Origin: Tubiluchus corallicola
Lineage: Eukaryota > Animalia > Priapulida
Assembly: GCA_030141605.1 (NCBI GenBank)
Contig: JAQGDQ010000123.1
Location: forward strand, 496,001 to 560,000
Direction of reading: 5' to 3'
Length of the DNA stretch: 64,000 nt
The translations under genes were made by a program, and so were the position numbers. The notes under the pieces were generated by a model that saw only the letters and a list, made by a program, of their open reading frames with translations, was not told the DNA's origin and ran no database searches. The stretch's first letter is position 1. Each line of letters begins with the position of its first letter. Shown piece by piece: positions 40,488 through 53,710 of the stretch.

Positions 40488-43400
40488 TAAGTGCAAGATG
40501 AGCGGCAAAACAATAGGTAAAACATCTTCAGTCTTTCCTTTAAGATGGAAAATGGTTGACATTATATTAGATACAATGTGCAATATAAAAGCATGATTAT
40601 AGCATTATTTAAGGTTATTTTAGCAAAATAAACTTGTTTTACAACATGAGGAATTACTATACTTAATTTTTAGATGTTATATTACTTGGAGTGATAGCTT
40701 TGAGGCTTTCCAACTGCATAACTACTTGCAGATCGTTTTAAGCAATATTATTTAACTTGATGCTGATTTTGTTATATTTAATATTTTATGTTTTAAGTGC
40801 ATTTGCTTATAACTTTGTTAATTGTTAAAGTACAGTCTAAGCTTACTTGCTATTAGTTCATTGATTATGCACCCAGAAAAGTTGTGGTGTATTGATAAGG
40901 TTGGCAGTAAGACAAGATGTGAATGTAATTGCTGTTGCACAAAAGCTTTTTGTTCAACCAGTGCATATTGAATACTATGCAACAATAATGGTAGTCAGTA
41001 ATTTGTTCATATAATTTTAAATATTTACCTCACTGAGGTCATGTAATTTATTCTAGAAGCATTGTAGGTACTATAGGTGGTTACTTTGCCATTGTTAATG
41101 TTGTATTTGTTAGTCTGTAGCACACTGGTTGTAATTGTCATTAGAGATGTATTATTAGGTGTTATTTTTTAATTTTATAGTGATTTTGTTAGTCACAAAA
41201 GCCAAAGAGTTAATGCAGTTCTTGCAGCAATGCCAAATTCTTGCCCTCGTTAGTAGTCTATTTTGTGCATTTAGGTGTTTTAGTGATACATGTGTCCATT
41301 ATGATTTATTAAGTTATAATTTGTTTGTGATTACTAATGTCTGAGTATATTGTTACGTGTTAAGGCTGAAAAGTTGTTTAAGTCATAATTATTATAAAAT
41401 TACGTTTGGCCTAGTCACCTTGCCATTATGCAGAGGTAAAACACTTTTGTTCTTTTGGTTTATGATTTCATTTAGAAGCTTTTGCTTGGTATTCCTAAAT
41501 TTATTTTTGCTTAGTGATATTATACATTTTTGCAAGTTTTCTTTTTTTACTTTTGACTGTATTATGATTGCAAATGCTTAATTGGCCCTGACAATTGATG
41601 CTAGTGTTGCTATTGCACTTTATTTTCTCTATTTTTCGCAGCATTTGTAATAGCTAAAGTTTGCCAAGTATTCCATTCCATATATTGTATGCCCAGCCAA
41701 CATTTATCTCAATACTATAGCTTGAGCAATAAGTGATTGGCTGAACTTTAATTTGCACAATTAGTTGCGAGAATTTGTGAATCATTTAGTGTATTGTTTT
41801 TGTAGCCATCTGTAATTACGCTGAGAATTTTTTTTGTCGAGCATGTATAAATTGCACACATTTTCAAAAACTCTTTATTCTCTTTCAAGCTCAACTCATT
41901 TTCGATTAAACAGCAGATAAGTTACTTATGTGTGTTTGTGAACATACTAACATGGTTTTTCATTTTTTTAGTTTTAAGTATGTCATAGCCTTCAGAATTT
42001 GATGTATAATCACAATTTGACATACTAGTAATTATTCAGACTGGTTTTAAACATCATTCATGGAGCCTTTCTATAAGGTATCTTTAACAACGAGTATGCT
42101 TAGACATATATGTAATGAATTATTACTTTTATTGGCCTCAGTTTTTCATTACTTTACATTTACTATTATTCCTAAATTCCTAGCATTCATTTTGTTTAAT
42201 TTGTGATTTGACTGTTTGGTAGGTATTATAAACTATGCTTATAATGTCTGTCATTTTCAGTATCATATTTTATTGGCATGAATGTATTACTATGATAATT
42301 TACTGTCTGTGGACTGATGAATTAATAACAACTGTTAACATCACTAATCATACGTGAAAAAAAAAATAAATGATTTAATTTAGTTTATTGATCTAGTCAT
42401 AGTCGTTTTAATACGAGTTTTTTTTGTTTAGATGTTATTAAAATTATTATGTGATTAAGTGTTAAATTATCCTAAGTTGCCTACTAATTGTATTGATGTT
42501 GTTTGTAATTAAAAGTAATAACTGTGTATAAATAGTTGGTGTTTATAATCTTGATTTTGCATTACATGTATGTTGTTAGCAATTAGAAATTTTTCACTAT
42601 GTGGCAATAATCATGAAGTCATGGATAACCTTGTCAAATTTTCATTGTTATATAATTTAGTTGTTTAGCAGGTGATGTGCAATATACATTTTCGTGTTTC
42701 AAGTTTATTGGTGTGCAGTTTTGCATTAATTATATTGTTGATACAGTTAGAAATTCTACATTGTGGAATAGTCAGTAATTGTAGATAGTACTGTTAGATT
42801 TTCATTATAGTAAATGCACAGAACTTTTTTTAGCAAGGGATAGTTATTGATACGTTTAAAGTTCATAGATTTGCATTTATCATGTGCTAATGTGATGAGA
42901 CTCGTTAGTTATAATTTTTAATGGTTATTCATTTCATCTGAATAATCTGTGATTGAAATATATTTGATTTGTTTGTTGGGCTATGGCCAGTTCTCGTAAA
43001 TTTGTTCATAACGGGTAATCAGTGTTGTTATGTTTTATGCTTTGTTATTATTATTTGTTTTGATTTGTTGATTTGATGACCATTCCAACATAAAATCACA
43101 AAGATTTGTGCTTTCATTAAGATTTTACTTGTAAGCACGTTTTGGCATTCCAGAAATGAATTCACTGAACACACTAGATAAATGAGTTATTGCAGTTTTA
43201 TTTTGGCTGTTTTTTTCATTGGAAATGCATTAAAAATTAGCATTGCAATGGACAAGTAATGATTATTAGATAGTACATAAAGTGATAATTAACTTGTAGA
43301 AAAAATATAGATATTTTAAGTATATGAAAGAAAGACTTGAAGTTGATTAGTTTGTAAGTCATTCTTAAACAGTACAATAGTTTACTGCAGAGATATACAA

Positions 43401-43667
43401 TAAACAAGTATGAGTAAATAGACAACTGTCTGTAACATTTTTCAGCATGTTGATACACGTATGTACAACTACTCCATTCAGTTATTCAATCGGCTGGAGG
43501 TATGAGGTTCAAACATATGTTAAATTATGAGGTTCAGACATACTTACAATTGAAAATATTGTTTCAGTCCACATCTTAAGCACATCTGTTGCTACTATAT
43601 ATCGTGTACATAGAATCATGGTGCACAGAACCTCATTTGCCACATGCTGTGAATCGGTGTGGACTAA

Positions 43668-46600
43668 TTATGTTGTTGGCTTGTTGACTTTATAGGAGAA
43701 GACAAAGCTGACTGCATTGCCAACAGCTTGCAAATGGCTGCCCTGTAATTAGTTGCAAATAATAGTAACTTATACGTATAACTTTTTTAGTGAAATTAGA
43801 AAGACTCGTAGATTACTTTCGTCGAGATAATATTAATAATTTTAATACGATTGATGCTATTATATTGCTTATGGTGAACACAGCCAGGCATTTTATAGTA
43901 GCTAATTCTGTAAGTGGTATTTACTCTGCTTTGGCATTTAAGATCTGTTTTTATTTAATTTAAATGAGAAGTATCGTTCATTAAAATACTGGACAGCTGA
44001 ATTGGGACTTGGGAGACAAAAAGAAAAAAATGCTTAAAGTCAAATTTTGTGATCTCACCAATTTATGGTAAAGCAGTAGGGGCAGATGTTAAAGGAAAAC
44101 CAGTTCTTGAATTAACAAAATTTATTGCATTTTAATATACACTGAGAAGTACTGAATTCACCGCACAATATATGCACATAAGATGCCTTGCTTAAAAATG
44201 CAAAATAATTTTTTATGTTCCGCCAAACGAACCTCGCTGAGGACAAACACAAAAAATGATGTAAGCTGGTAAGTAACAGGAAAGCACGCTTTTCATCAAA
44301 TAGCAAAAAATGGTATTATTAATATCTACTATTATCGTGGGTAACTGATTTTATTATATAGTGGGCAATAAAGATTCATCAAACAGCAAAAAAATGGTAT
44401 TATTAATCTCTCGTTTTATGTTTTGGACTGCTTCTAAGTAATATAACAGCAAATGCAGCTGCAAAAAAGTTTGCTGAAGCACCTGGCAGGATAGGTGTTT
44501 ATACTGAACGGCAACCATATGACGTCATTTTTCATTCAAAATGAGCACCCCAAGTGTGAAATTATCATGACTTTAAATTGACTTTACTAATTGCACCAGG
44601 CTTTAAACTGAACGGCAACCATATAACGTCATTTTTCATTCAAAATGAGCACCCCAAGTGTGAAATTATCATGACTTTAAATTGACTTTACTAATTGCAC
44701 CAGGCGCCTGTAAACTAAAGCTGAAGTTACTGCTGAAACTTTCTTAACATTTTCCCCCCAAATGTTAAAATAAGTTCAACTTCCTAAAAGTCCTGATTTT
44801 TCCTTTAATGTATCCAGCATGACGCAAACAGGGCACTTTTTTTATTTTTTCGATAAGTTTTTAACCACTGATAAATTTAATGTGTGAAGCTTAAGAACGC
44901 GTCCGCCAGAAGACCATGCAAATTCGAAAAATTCCGGCACAAGGTTAGGTAAACCGATTCAGACCAAAGTTCGGGTATGAGGTCCACTAGTCACTAGTAT
45001 TCACTATGTGAATCTGCTTGGTCCAACTCCTCATAGTAGCAGAGGTACGACATAGGCCGATTTTCATGAAAAAGTGCCTATTTTTCTCTATTTTTTTACA
45101 CATATTTGAAGGATTAACCATGCAACAACCACTGAGTTTGAATAAATCTGACTCTGCACAGTATTGGGTCTTGTTATCTTCTCCAAAATGACTTTTCGAC
45201 TTTTGTCCCAAACCCCCCTCTTTCAGCTCGCATTACGCACAAGATGCAAATACTCCGTCATTTCAAAGTCTTATATCTTACCCACTGCGGGGGCGGGAAC
45301 AAAAATATCGATATGTATGTGAACAGAGCATCCCATCCCACTATGTTGCAGTGACAATTTCGATGGAGCGAATTTCCACCCTATTGTAAATGACCCTTGA
45401 AAGAGGCATGTATCAGGGTGAAAATATAGGTAACAACGTTCATCAAAAAGCTTCGTGTAGGTAACATGAGTTGTCAAATCCTGTCAAAATACTTCAAAAC
45501 GTCATAAATATTCATCTTTGGCAACTAGGGGCCTGGACAGCACATTGGTTAAACTACCGACAGGACTGGACTCTAGCATTCAAGATGGCGGCCACTGCTG
45601 GACTAAAATGTTCGTTTTCTGGGCTGTTTACCAGCGTTAAATGCGGTATTCTGACTAGTTATCCGCACAAAACGAATATTGCGAATCTGTTAGCCTGTAC
45701 TAAAGACACTGGAGCGCATTTAGAGCGCTTCCATCTTCAAAAAATGAAATATCTACGGAATGGAAATTGCTTCTTGCAGGGACTGGAAAATGTTTTATGT
45801 ACTGTTTATTTTCTATGCTTTGTAAATGTTATGTACAGGTTATTGCCTAGTTATTACTCATTGTCTTACGTAGGCGTACAAGCCAGGACACAAAGAAAAT
45901 TGCCATAAATCTGAGCGAATGCCCAAAAAGTAGGGGACAGATGGTTACCCACCTCTGGTCTCATTGACCTACAGTTATCTCATCTCTTTGTTGCAGGATG
46001 CCATTATGCAATATTGAAAGGGTCGGTTAGTTGCACAAAGTTACCCTACCTACATCTGTATATTAAGTCACTAGAGTTTCTGTGCTAAATTAAACTTTCA
46101 CTTGCACTGGCCTTTAAAAGCTTTTATCGATAAATTAACTTTTACCAAATAAAATTTACAGTAAATAATATTAATTGCTGTAAAAACATCGTTACAATAA
46201 AACTTTAATTCTCACTTGAAGAACGCAGTTCTGTATTGGTCCTTTGTAATGCTCCCACTCCATCAGTTGATCCATAGATAAGTGTTTGGCTTTCACATTC
46301 ATAGGTACCATACTGTCAATTTTGGAAGATGAAATGGCACCACATAGTTGGTCACACACGCAGTTCAGCAAGTCATGTGTAGCACAGGTTTCACTTTTCA
46401 CCAGAGTAAATAAATCCTGCGAACAATTTGTCATAACATAAAGACAGATAGGAAAATCCTATTAATAAAATACCATTAGGCATTGTTGTGGCAAGAAATT
46501 TTTAATAAAAAAGGAAATAAAAATAAATTTCATCAATAATGCAAGTATTTACACATTACCTTGTGCATTACCACATTTGTTTATGGTGTTGATGCTGCAA

Positions 46601-49600
46601 ACCAGCATATCGCACAAGCAGACTTGAATGTTTGTCTCTGATTTTCTTTAATAAACTTCAGTATATTAGCTCAAAAGTCATTGTAATAATAATAGCAATT
46701 TATTTCCTTAATACTCATGGTACAGTTCAACCAATTATGAAGTTGAAGTTTCCAATTGCTGCTTAAAAACAATTATCGTGATTGACAGTTTGTTTCAAAA
46801 TGCAGACTCACACGAGTTACTCATGCATTCCCTTTTTTACCAGAAATTCAACTGATCAAAATTTGCATATACAACCTTTAATTCCTCTTGAGAAAAAGTG
46901 ACAGTGCTGCTGCAGCTGCTGGCATCGACTATGGCACTGCTCAAGCCTTGTTTCATTACTTGCCGCTGATAAATCTTTTCTTCTATGGTGCCCTGTATAA
47001 GACAAAATAACTAACACACCTGCAAATAAATATGTAATGCAACAGTAACATTGGTTAATACATATAGACAGCTAGGTAACAGAACCATCTCAAAACAGTA
47101 TTGTAGGCCCCCAGAAAAGCAGTGTATTGGGACCCCCTACCTACACAACCATTCTGGAACAAAAATGTAAATGTCGATAAAATTAAACATATATTTATTG
47201 TATTGGTACTTCCAGTATAGTATAGTATAGCTTAGCATAGTATTTATTTATTGACAGCAAATCACAACATTCATAGATTAGCATGGGCCCGATGCACATC
47301 GAGTCCCGGGGCAACTGCCCAGCATGCCCATGCATTAGAGATGCCTCTGCCATGCAAGGCTAATAGTACAACAGTTAAAGGTCTACATTTACTAGGAAGT
47401 GAAATGTGAAAGCAGGTTTAGAGAAAACAGAATTCCTACAATTAAGCTGTTACCGAATTGAAATATTTTATAACATATTTTCCTGAAGCAAAAGGTACAA
47501 TGTAAGTACTGCCAACAAGTTGTTGGCATTTAGCAACCAACAAACAAGGATCGTGAATGCATCTTCTCAAGCGGAGCAATAAGCGGCTTCATGTAACAAT
47601 AAACCTTCGTTGTACAAAAGACTGCAGATCCCAAGTCAGATGTCACTAGAATGGTTATTTGCAATCTGCCAAGTGCTTTACAGTAAAAAAGACAATGACA
47701 CCATCCCAGACACGGACTCCATAAGTGGTCCAATGGTTGAACTGCGCAGATAGAGTACAGTATCAGGAATTAGGTCTTTACAAGTGAGAACAGGCATATT
47801 CCAAGTTTTTTCACGTACTCCCAGCCACTAATGTGAGCTACTTTTCTTGTCTAAGAGTCACACCACAAGTTGAAAAAGTGCAAGGAAAAGATTGGAAGAT
47901 TCATCTAGTAATACAACATCTACATTCATCAAGATTAAGATTATGACAGAGGTTCGGCAAAACGTTTGTCAGTAATACGGTCATGTATTTGAGTGGGCCG
48001 GCTGACACTTTAAATGAGATCCTGACCTCCCCAGACAATGTGATACTTGCTGAAAGACGATGTGATCAACCTGACAAGACGTTGTCCAGGACATGTGGGT
48101 CTCCCGCTATGATTCATCACAATTCAAATCAACAACTCTTATGCATATAAAAAGCTAACAGTGCATTTCTGTAACTATCTACATAGTAGATGACAATGAG
48201 TGCAAGTTTTCTTGAACAGCTTGAACCACTTTCTGTCTGCAGAAGCAGAGAGTGGAGTCCTTTTGTTAGACATGTACAATTGTGCAGGCATTAGTATCCA
48301 CATCATTTTACATCATTCAGTCAATTATAGGCATGACATCAATACCATGGGACACTTCCAGCACCTGTGCCATAGTGGCCAGTATGCTGTGGATGCCTGT
48401 AATAAGCAGCATGCTAGGGTTCCCCGTTTGTGCATGGTTAGTATGCATTATCATAATCTATAATTACATAATAATTCATAGGTTTTTGTTACTATTTTTA
48501 CTAGGTGGCATTTAGCTAGCATGGCACATTACTGGGAAAGGGGAGACCAGAAAAGAAAAGCAGCAACCGCTACCTGCCAATTTCATGTGACGGGCAAATG
48601 ATCCAAAAACTGTATCTAAACTAATTGCGTTATGGTTAGTAAATAAAACGATATTGTAGAAGAAAACACCTAAAAATGATTCAATCCAATTCTAAGAATA
48701 AAATTGCTTTTAAAAGACAGTAATAAAATACCACTGTGAGCAGACGATATATGTGCACTGTTCTTTTCTGTCCATCTCGCCATACACGAGCCATGGCCTG
48801 CAGGTCATTGGCCGGATTCCAGTCAATGTCGTAGAGAATAAGCCTCGAAGCTCCGATCAGGTTTAATCCTTGTCCGCCAGCTTTGCAGCTTAGTAAGAAT
48901 ACAGCTAGAATGCGAATACAACAGAATTTAATTAATAATTTATGCAAGTCATGGATCGAACTCATCGTTGACAAAGATATCAAGCAGTTTCTTCTAGTAT
49001 TAGTATTTATAAAATTTCATGTCCATAAGCTTAAATAATGATGCCAAATTTAGGTGTGTTTGAAGTGACATATACCAACAAAATTACCACCTTTTTAGCC
49101 ATTTCTAAATATGAGCAAGAATGCAAAACCAAACTACATCACGATTTCACTAACCACATAAACAACTAAAACTCTACATACTTTCTGAAGCGTTCCTGTT
49201 GTTAAACTGATCTACCAGTTCTTGCCGTCTACTGGAAGGTGTTGTCCCATCCAGTCTCAAGTAACGATAATTGCTTTTAACGCACACTTCTTGTAAAATA
49301 TCTAACGTCTAAAAACATTAACCACTTGATTACAAATACATTTCAACTGCATCGATGTACAACAAATTTAGGACGAGGTTTCTCAGGAATTTACAAAATA
49401 AACAATTTAGTGGTTGTAGTTTACAAATAGTGGTAACTTTTAACACAATTTAATTACGGTGTAACAATTAATACTCATAGTATATAGTATAATAATAAGT
49501 GCTATTAATACAATTATGAATGCATGTTTAAACTTTATTGCATTTTCTTTATGGCATATTCAGACGTCGAGACTTCTCCCGCAACTTCTCTCTGAGAGTA

Positions 49601-49947
49601 CGCCACACGTGTGAATGGTTGGCAACTTTTCTTGCAGCTTATTGCAAACCCAGAAGGAAAAGAGAAAAGTTGCACAGCAAGTTGCGAGAGAAGTTGCCAA
49701 ACCACTCACACCTGCAACTACTCTCAGACAGAAGTTGCGCAGCAAATTGCGAGATTAGTCTCTACGTCTGAACGTGCCAGTAGCATACCTCAGTATAATT
49801 TGAAACAACAACAGATTTCTCTACATTTTTGTTTGTTGCATGAAAAGAGTACAGCAAGCTAGATAACACAAGGAGTTTCCCTGAATGTTCTGCCAGTGAC
49901 ACGTGCTCTCCAGAAAACAATGACAGTATATCGTCAAAAAGGCACAA
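43668..49947 (-). CDS. RAD54B: DNA repair and recombination protein RAD54B (SNF2 family), C-terminal six coding exons (helicase-C lobe and C-terminus); 5' exons not in the window
   Basis: Exons (minus): 49789-49947 ([13 protein letters not shown]...VVVSNYTE), 49182-49308 ([27 protein letters not shown]), 48732-48904 ([56 protein letters not shown]), 46876-46992 ([24 protein letters not shown]), 46216-46416 ([25 protein letters not shown]), 43668-43742 (AVSFVF..*). GT-AG with consistent phases. YDIDWNPA and LSMxQL match RAD54B rather than RAD54L as I recall them. Confidence 0.93.
44093..44804. mobile_element. Putative non-autonomous Kolobok-type element containing a 104-bp tandem duplication
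   Basis: TTAA|AGGAAAACCAG ... CTGATTTTTCCT|TTAA (TTAA TSD, AG termini). The internal duplication 44503-44601 / 44607-44705 has one mismatch. Confidence 0.55.
49553..49778. mobile_element. Palindromic MITE (Harbinger-like GGC...GCC ends) in a RAD54B intron
   Basis: GGCATATTCAGACGTCGAGACT versus reverse-complemented end GGCACGTTCAGACGTAGAGACT. Internal inverted GCAACTTCTCTC / GAGAGAAGTTGC. TSD unclear. Confidence 0.65.
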
Positions 49948-50689
49948 CTGTATGGAATAACAGACAGCCAAAATTAATATGCCATAAGAGTAATAAAACA
50001 TAAGTTACATGCAGAAATTTAGTACAGTTAACTGTGCATGCTTGCACAGACAACAGTAATCAGAAAAATAAGGATTTTGATCAAGAAGTTGATTGACTAA
50101 GATACTAAGCTGGCGAATTCAGACTCAATTTGTGAAAGGAAATTTATCTTTTTTGAGAGGGATTACAATATTTTGTTTACGTACAGTATGTAGATTTAAC
50201 AGTACTGCTAATTTACAACAGCTAGTGTTCTTGTTGGTAAGACAAAGTTAGTTTCAATTGTAGAAAAGTCATGTTCAAGACTACAGAATGTAAAATACCA
50301 AAAGCAAAATCAACATCAGAAATCAAAATTTTATAAGACATAGACAATTTATTTTTCTTCTCTTAAGCATAATGCAACAAATCAACAATTGACTGGATGT
50401 ATGTTCCTTCCATTTCAGGACTGTGAATTTATAACGATATCATTTTGAAGTAACTTTAAAAAAAATAAAATCTATAATACTAACTAACATGTACCTAATA
50501 ATAGGCCCAGATCTATAATAAAGTCACAGGAAAAAAGTCACGGAAAAAGCCACAGTTCTGGCTAAGGTCAGGGTTAGGGTTATTTTTTTTCCAATGCATT
50601 TTGTCAGCAACTTTTTTACCTGGGATCAGATAACCAGTAATGATAGTAATGCTAGTTGTTACAGTAGTCAGCTATAAGACTAGATCTTA

Positions 50690-51300
50690 ACTTTAATAAT
50701 GTTTATATTTTAGATTACGATAGGAAGCAGTTTTCATATCACTGGGAAGGCTATTCCACAAAATAGACCCTGGAATTTCAGTGACCTGTCTCAAATTTGT
50801 GTTGAAACGTTCTATGTCATAATTGCTGCTGCTTGCAAATCTAGAGTTGTAATCATGTGTTGTGTCTATAGAGTGATAGTAATAAGAAAACAGTACTGGA
50901 TGAGTGTTATGTTTGAATCTGTAAACAAAATTGTTTAATTCTAATTTATGTATGTTTTAGTTTTAGCAGGTTTAATTCATAACACAACGATGTAACATGA
51001 GCTCTTCTACTGGCAAATGTCATTAATTAAATAAATTTATTTTGATTGATTGTAAGGGGTTTCAAAGCTGAATTAGGGGCAATGCCATGAACAGTCAGAA
51101 ATGAGTTTCATTGTATCTTTATTGATATTATGCCCAATTTAAAAAAAGACATTCCATTAATTTTGCTTATTTTGCTGTTAACATGTTGGAATGGGAATGC
51201 CATGCCAATTAATAGTCAATTATTATTCCCAAGTGTTGTTCCTATATCTGTAATTGTCATGTGGCCTAAAACCAATTATTGCACCAAAATAATTGAGATT
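50690..51300 (-). mobile_element. Decayed LINE (CR1/L2/Crack group) 3' fragment
   Basis: The minus strand encodes broken RT C-terminal text (..HDYNSRFA...FQGSILWNSLPSDMK-like), similar in style to the 12-13.4 kb LINE. Confidence 0.55.
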
Positions 51301-52092
51301 CTTTTATCATTTGTCTGGGAATAGTTTGTTCATCTAGCCCTGTGTTTAGCTACAACTCTGGCAAAGATGTAGTAATCGGTAATTTATGCTACGTATCGTC
51401 CATTGTTAAAGATCCAACATGCCAGATAATACAGAAACAATTTGTATAACGACTATAACACAAAGCATGGTAAATGAGCAAGCATTCAGTAACTCAGCGA
51501 GCGTCTGCTTGTACAGTGAATGAGGCGCATGCGCATTTTTCCCACGATCTTGTGCTGATAGGCAAGCCTGTTCGAGTGCTTGTTGCTGGAGCTGATGTAC
51601 AAAGGAAAAGTACGGCAGAAAATATTGCCCTCAACGCGAAGCACAATGTAGCAATGAATGATTTCAGTGAATTAGTTGAGGAACGTACTGATCATTACAA
51701 AACGAATCGGAGAATCATCATGTGAAAGAAATTGCCACAAATACCTTCAGTAATGCAAGTTATGAAGATTACGAACCGGCTGTGCCGAGGAGCTTAATGA
51801 ATGGAAAGCAGTTCAAACGCAATTCGATACTCGGGTAAGACGTATTACAAACATATTCGCTCCGCCATATTGACCCCATACTAATGCGATAAATTAGTTA
51901 AGGACTGCAATTAGAAACGTTTTTTCCAATAACAAGAAACGTCTTATGATACAACAAAAAATTGCTATACGGGAAGAATGTAGCAACATAGTTTATGAGA
52001 CATTGAGTTTAATTTAATAAATGTACCGGCAGTCCATAAATGCAAGTACATTTTTGGTGGGGAGGGGGTTTGAATCTCTCCAAACTTAGATC

Positions 52093-52311
52093 GTGAGAAA
52101 CAATTTTAAGTTGAGTGTAAGAGTGAAGTCATGTGAAAGAAGCTTTTCAAAGCTTAAACAAACCAAAAACTGCTTGCGATCCACAATGGAACAGTCAAAG
52201 CTATCTGATCTTTCGGTTTTATCTGTTAAAATTGACTTAGCAAAAGTAATTGATTTTGATGAAGTAATTGACAACTTTGCAGCAGTGAAATCCAGGAATG
52301 GAAAGTTCTGA
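52093..52311 (+). pseudogene. hAT transposase C-terminal dimerisation-domain fragment (ZMYM1-like)
   Basis: SCERSFSKLKQTKNCLRSTMEQSKLSDLSVLSV...IDFDEVIDNFAAVKSR matches the hATC signature (ERSFSxLKxxKxxLRSTMxQxRLxxL). Confidence 0.85.
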
Positions 52312-52679
52312 TTGCTGACATAAATTATAATTAGTAAAATACTGAACTGTTTGTGTTTTAATGCCAGTTTCTTTTGATACTTCAACTAAGAAGTGTATTT
52401 TCATATGATTAAAAGTGCTGCTTCAATGTGCAAATATATCATAAAAATTAAAAATATTAAGTTTTCAATTTAAAATAAACATTGTCAGTATACTAATGTG
52501 TGCTTAGCACTTTAACTCAGTAGGATGGAAAATAAAGTGATGTTGTCTAGATGATGTTTCTCCTAATCGCCATGCAGCAAGTACTAGCTATGCACATAAG
52601 ATCATACTAAAGGATACAGTATATAAGCTCCAATGCACGTTTGATACCATGAGTACTGCACCGAATGACACCAACCTTG

Positions 52680-52801
52680 TGGTTGCCAGATTAGAAAATT
52701 AGAAATATGGGACACTCTTATAATCTCTTTCCATACACACACATATATAATATAAGAGATTATAAGTGTCCCATATTTCTAATTTTCTAATCTGGCAACC
52801 A
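52680..52801. repeat. Near-perfect fold-back inverted repeat (~48-bp arms) derived from a hAT-like end
   Basis: TGGTTGCCAGATTAGAAAATTAGAAATATGGGACACT(CT)TATAATCTCTT pairs with its reverse complement at ~52754-52801. A related end (AAATATGGGACA...CAGCAACCCTA) lies at ~53156-53200. Confidence 0.85.
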
Positions 52802-53626
52802 TAGGGCAACTGTATATATATATATATAGACATAAATTTAAACACGCCTAACACCCAGATCAATATATTATATAAAAGTAGAGACATAAGTTAAAAACAT
52901 TAAGCAGGGATTTTAATGGGTTATGAGGAAAACAAAAGTAAAATCATTTGAAAATATTTATTTAATACCGAAAATGGAGAAATATTATGATTATTTAATA
53001 ATTACATTTGGGATATTTTCATCAAAAGGATCTGAGAAAAGAAAATACAATTATTCATAAAGTTACTAGTAAGAACCCGTAAGAAGGTAGTAAAAATGCA
53101 TTTTTATCACGAAATTTGAAAATGAACTAAATACGCCACGGGGGACAAAATTATCAAATATGGGACATGTCCTGTATATAAGGGACGTCCAGCAACCCTA
53201 ACCCTAGCGAAGCCCCTGTTCACCAGACAGGCACACCTTAGACGTAGATATTTTTCTTCTCCGTCAGTATATGATTAAATTATTCGTGAGGCAAACAAAT
53301 AATAAATTTATTTAGGAGATGGGCTAGGAAAGAGCTCAATGAACAACTTTTAGCTCCTTTGATGATTTTCAAAATTTATAGTAATTCTTTTCAATGGAAG
53401 GCATCTGTTACATAATAGCAAAATGTTTACTACAACAATGTTGTGAGATACATAAGTTATTAATAACATCCTAGCATTTTAGGAATAACTCATCATTTAA
53501 ATTTTTGACAGGACAAAGTTTATAGGCTTCAAAGTAAAATATCCTCTAAAATCTAATAAATCTTAACAATTTTATGCATACTAAAACTGCTGTGATGCCC
53601 AGGTATTGCCTTTTCCACAGTTTTTG

Positions 53627-53710
53627 TGTGGCACTCCAGCACTCAGCCTTGGCTTATTTAATACCAGTGATTGTGGCACACCAGTACTCAGCCCTGGCTT
53701 ATTTAATACC
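53627..53710. repeat. 45-bp-period direct duplication
   Basis: TGTGGCACTCCAGCACTCAGCCTTGGCTTATTTAATACC followed by TGTGGCACACCAGTACTCAGCCCTGGCTTATTTAATACC. Confidence 0.8.
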
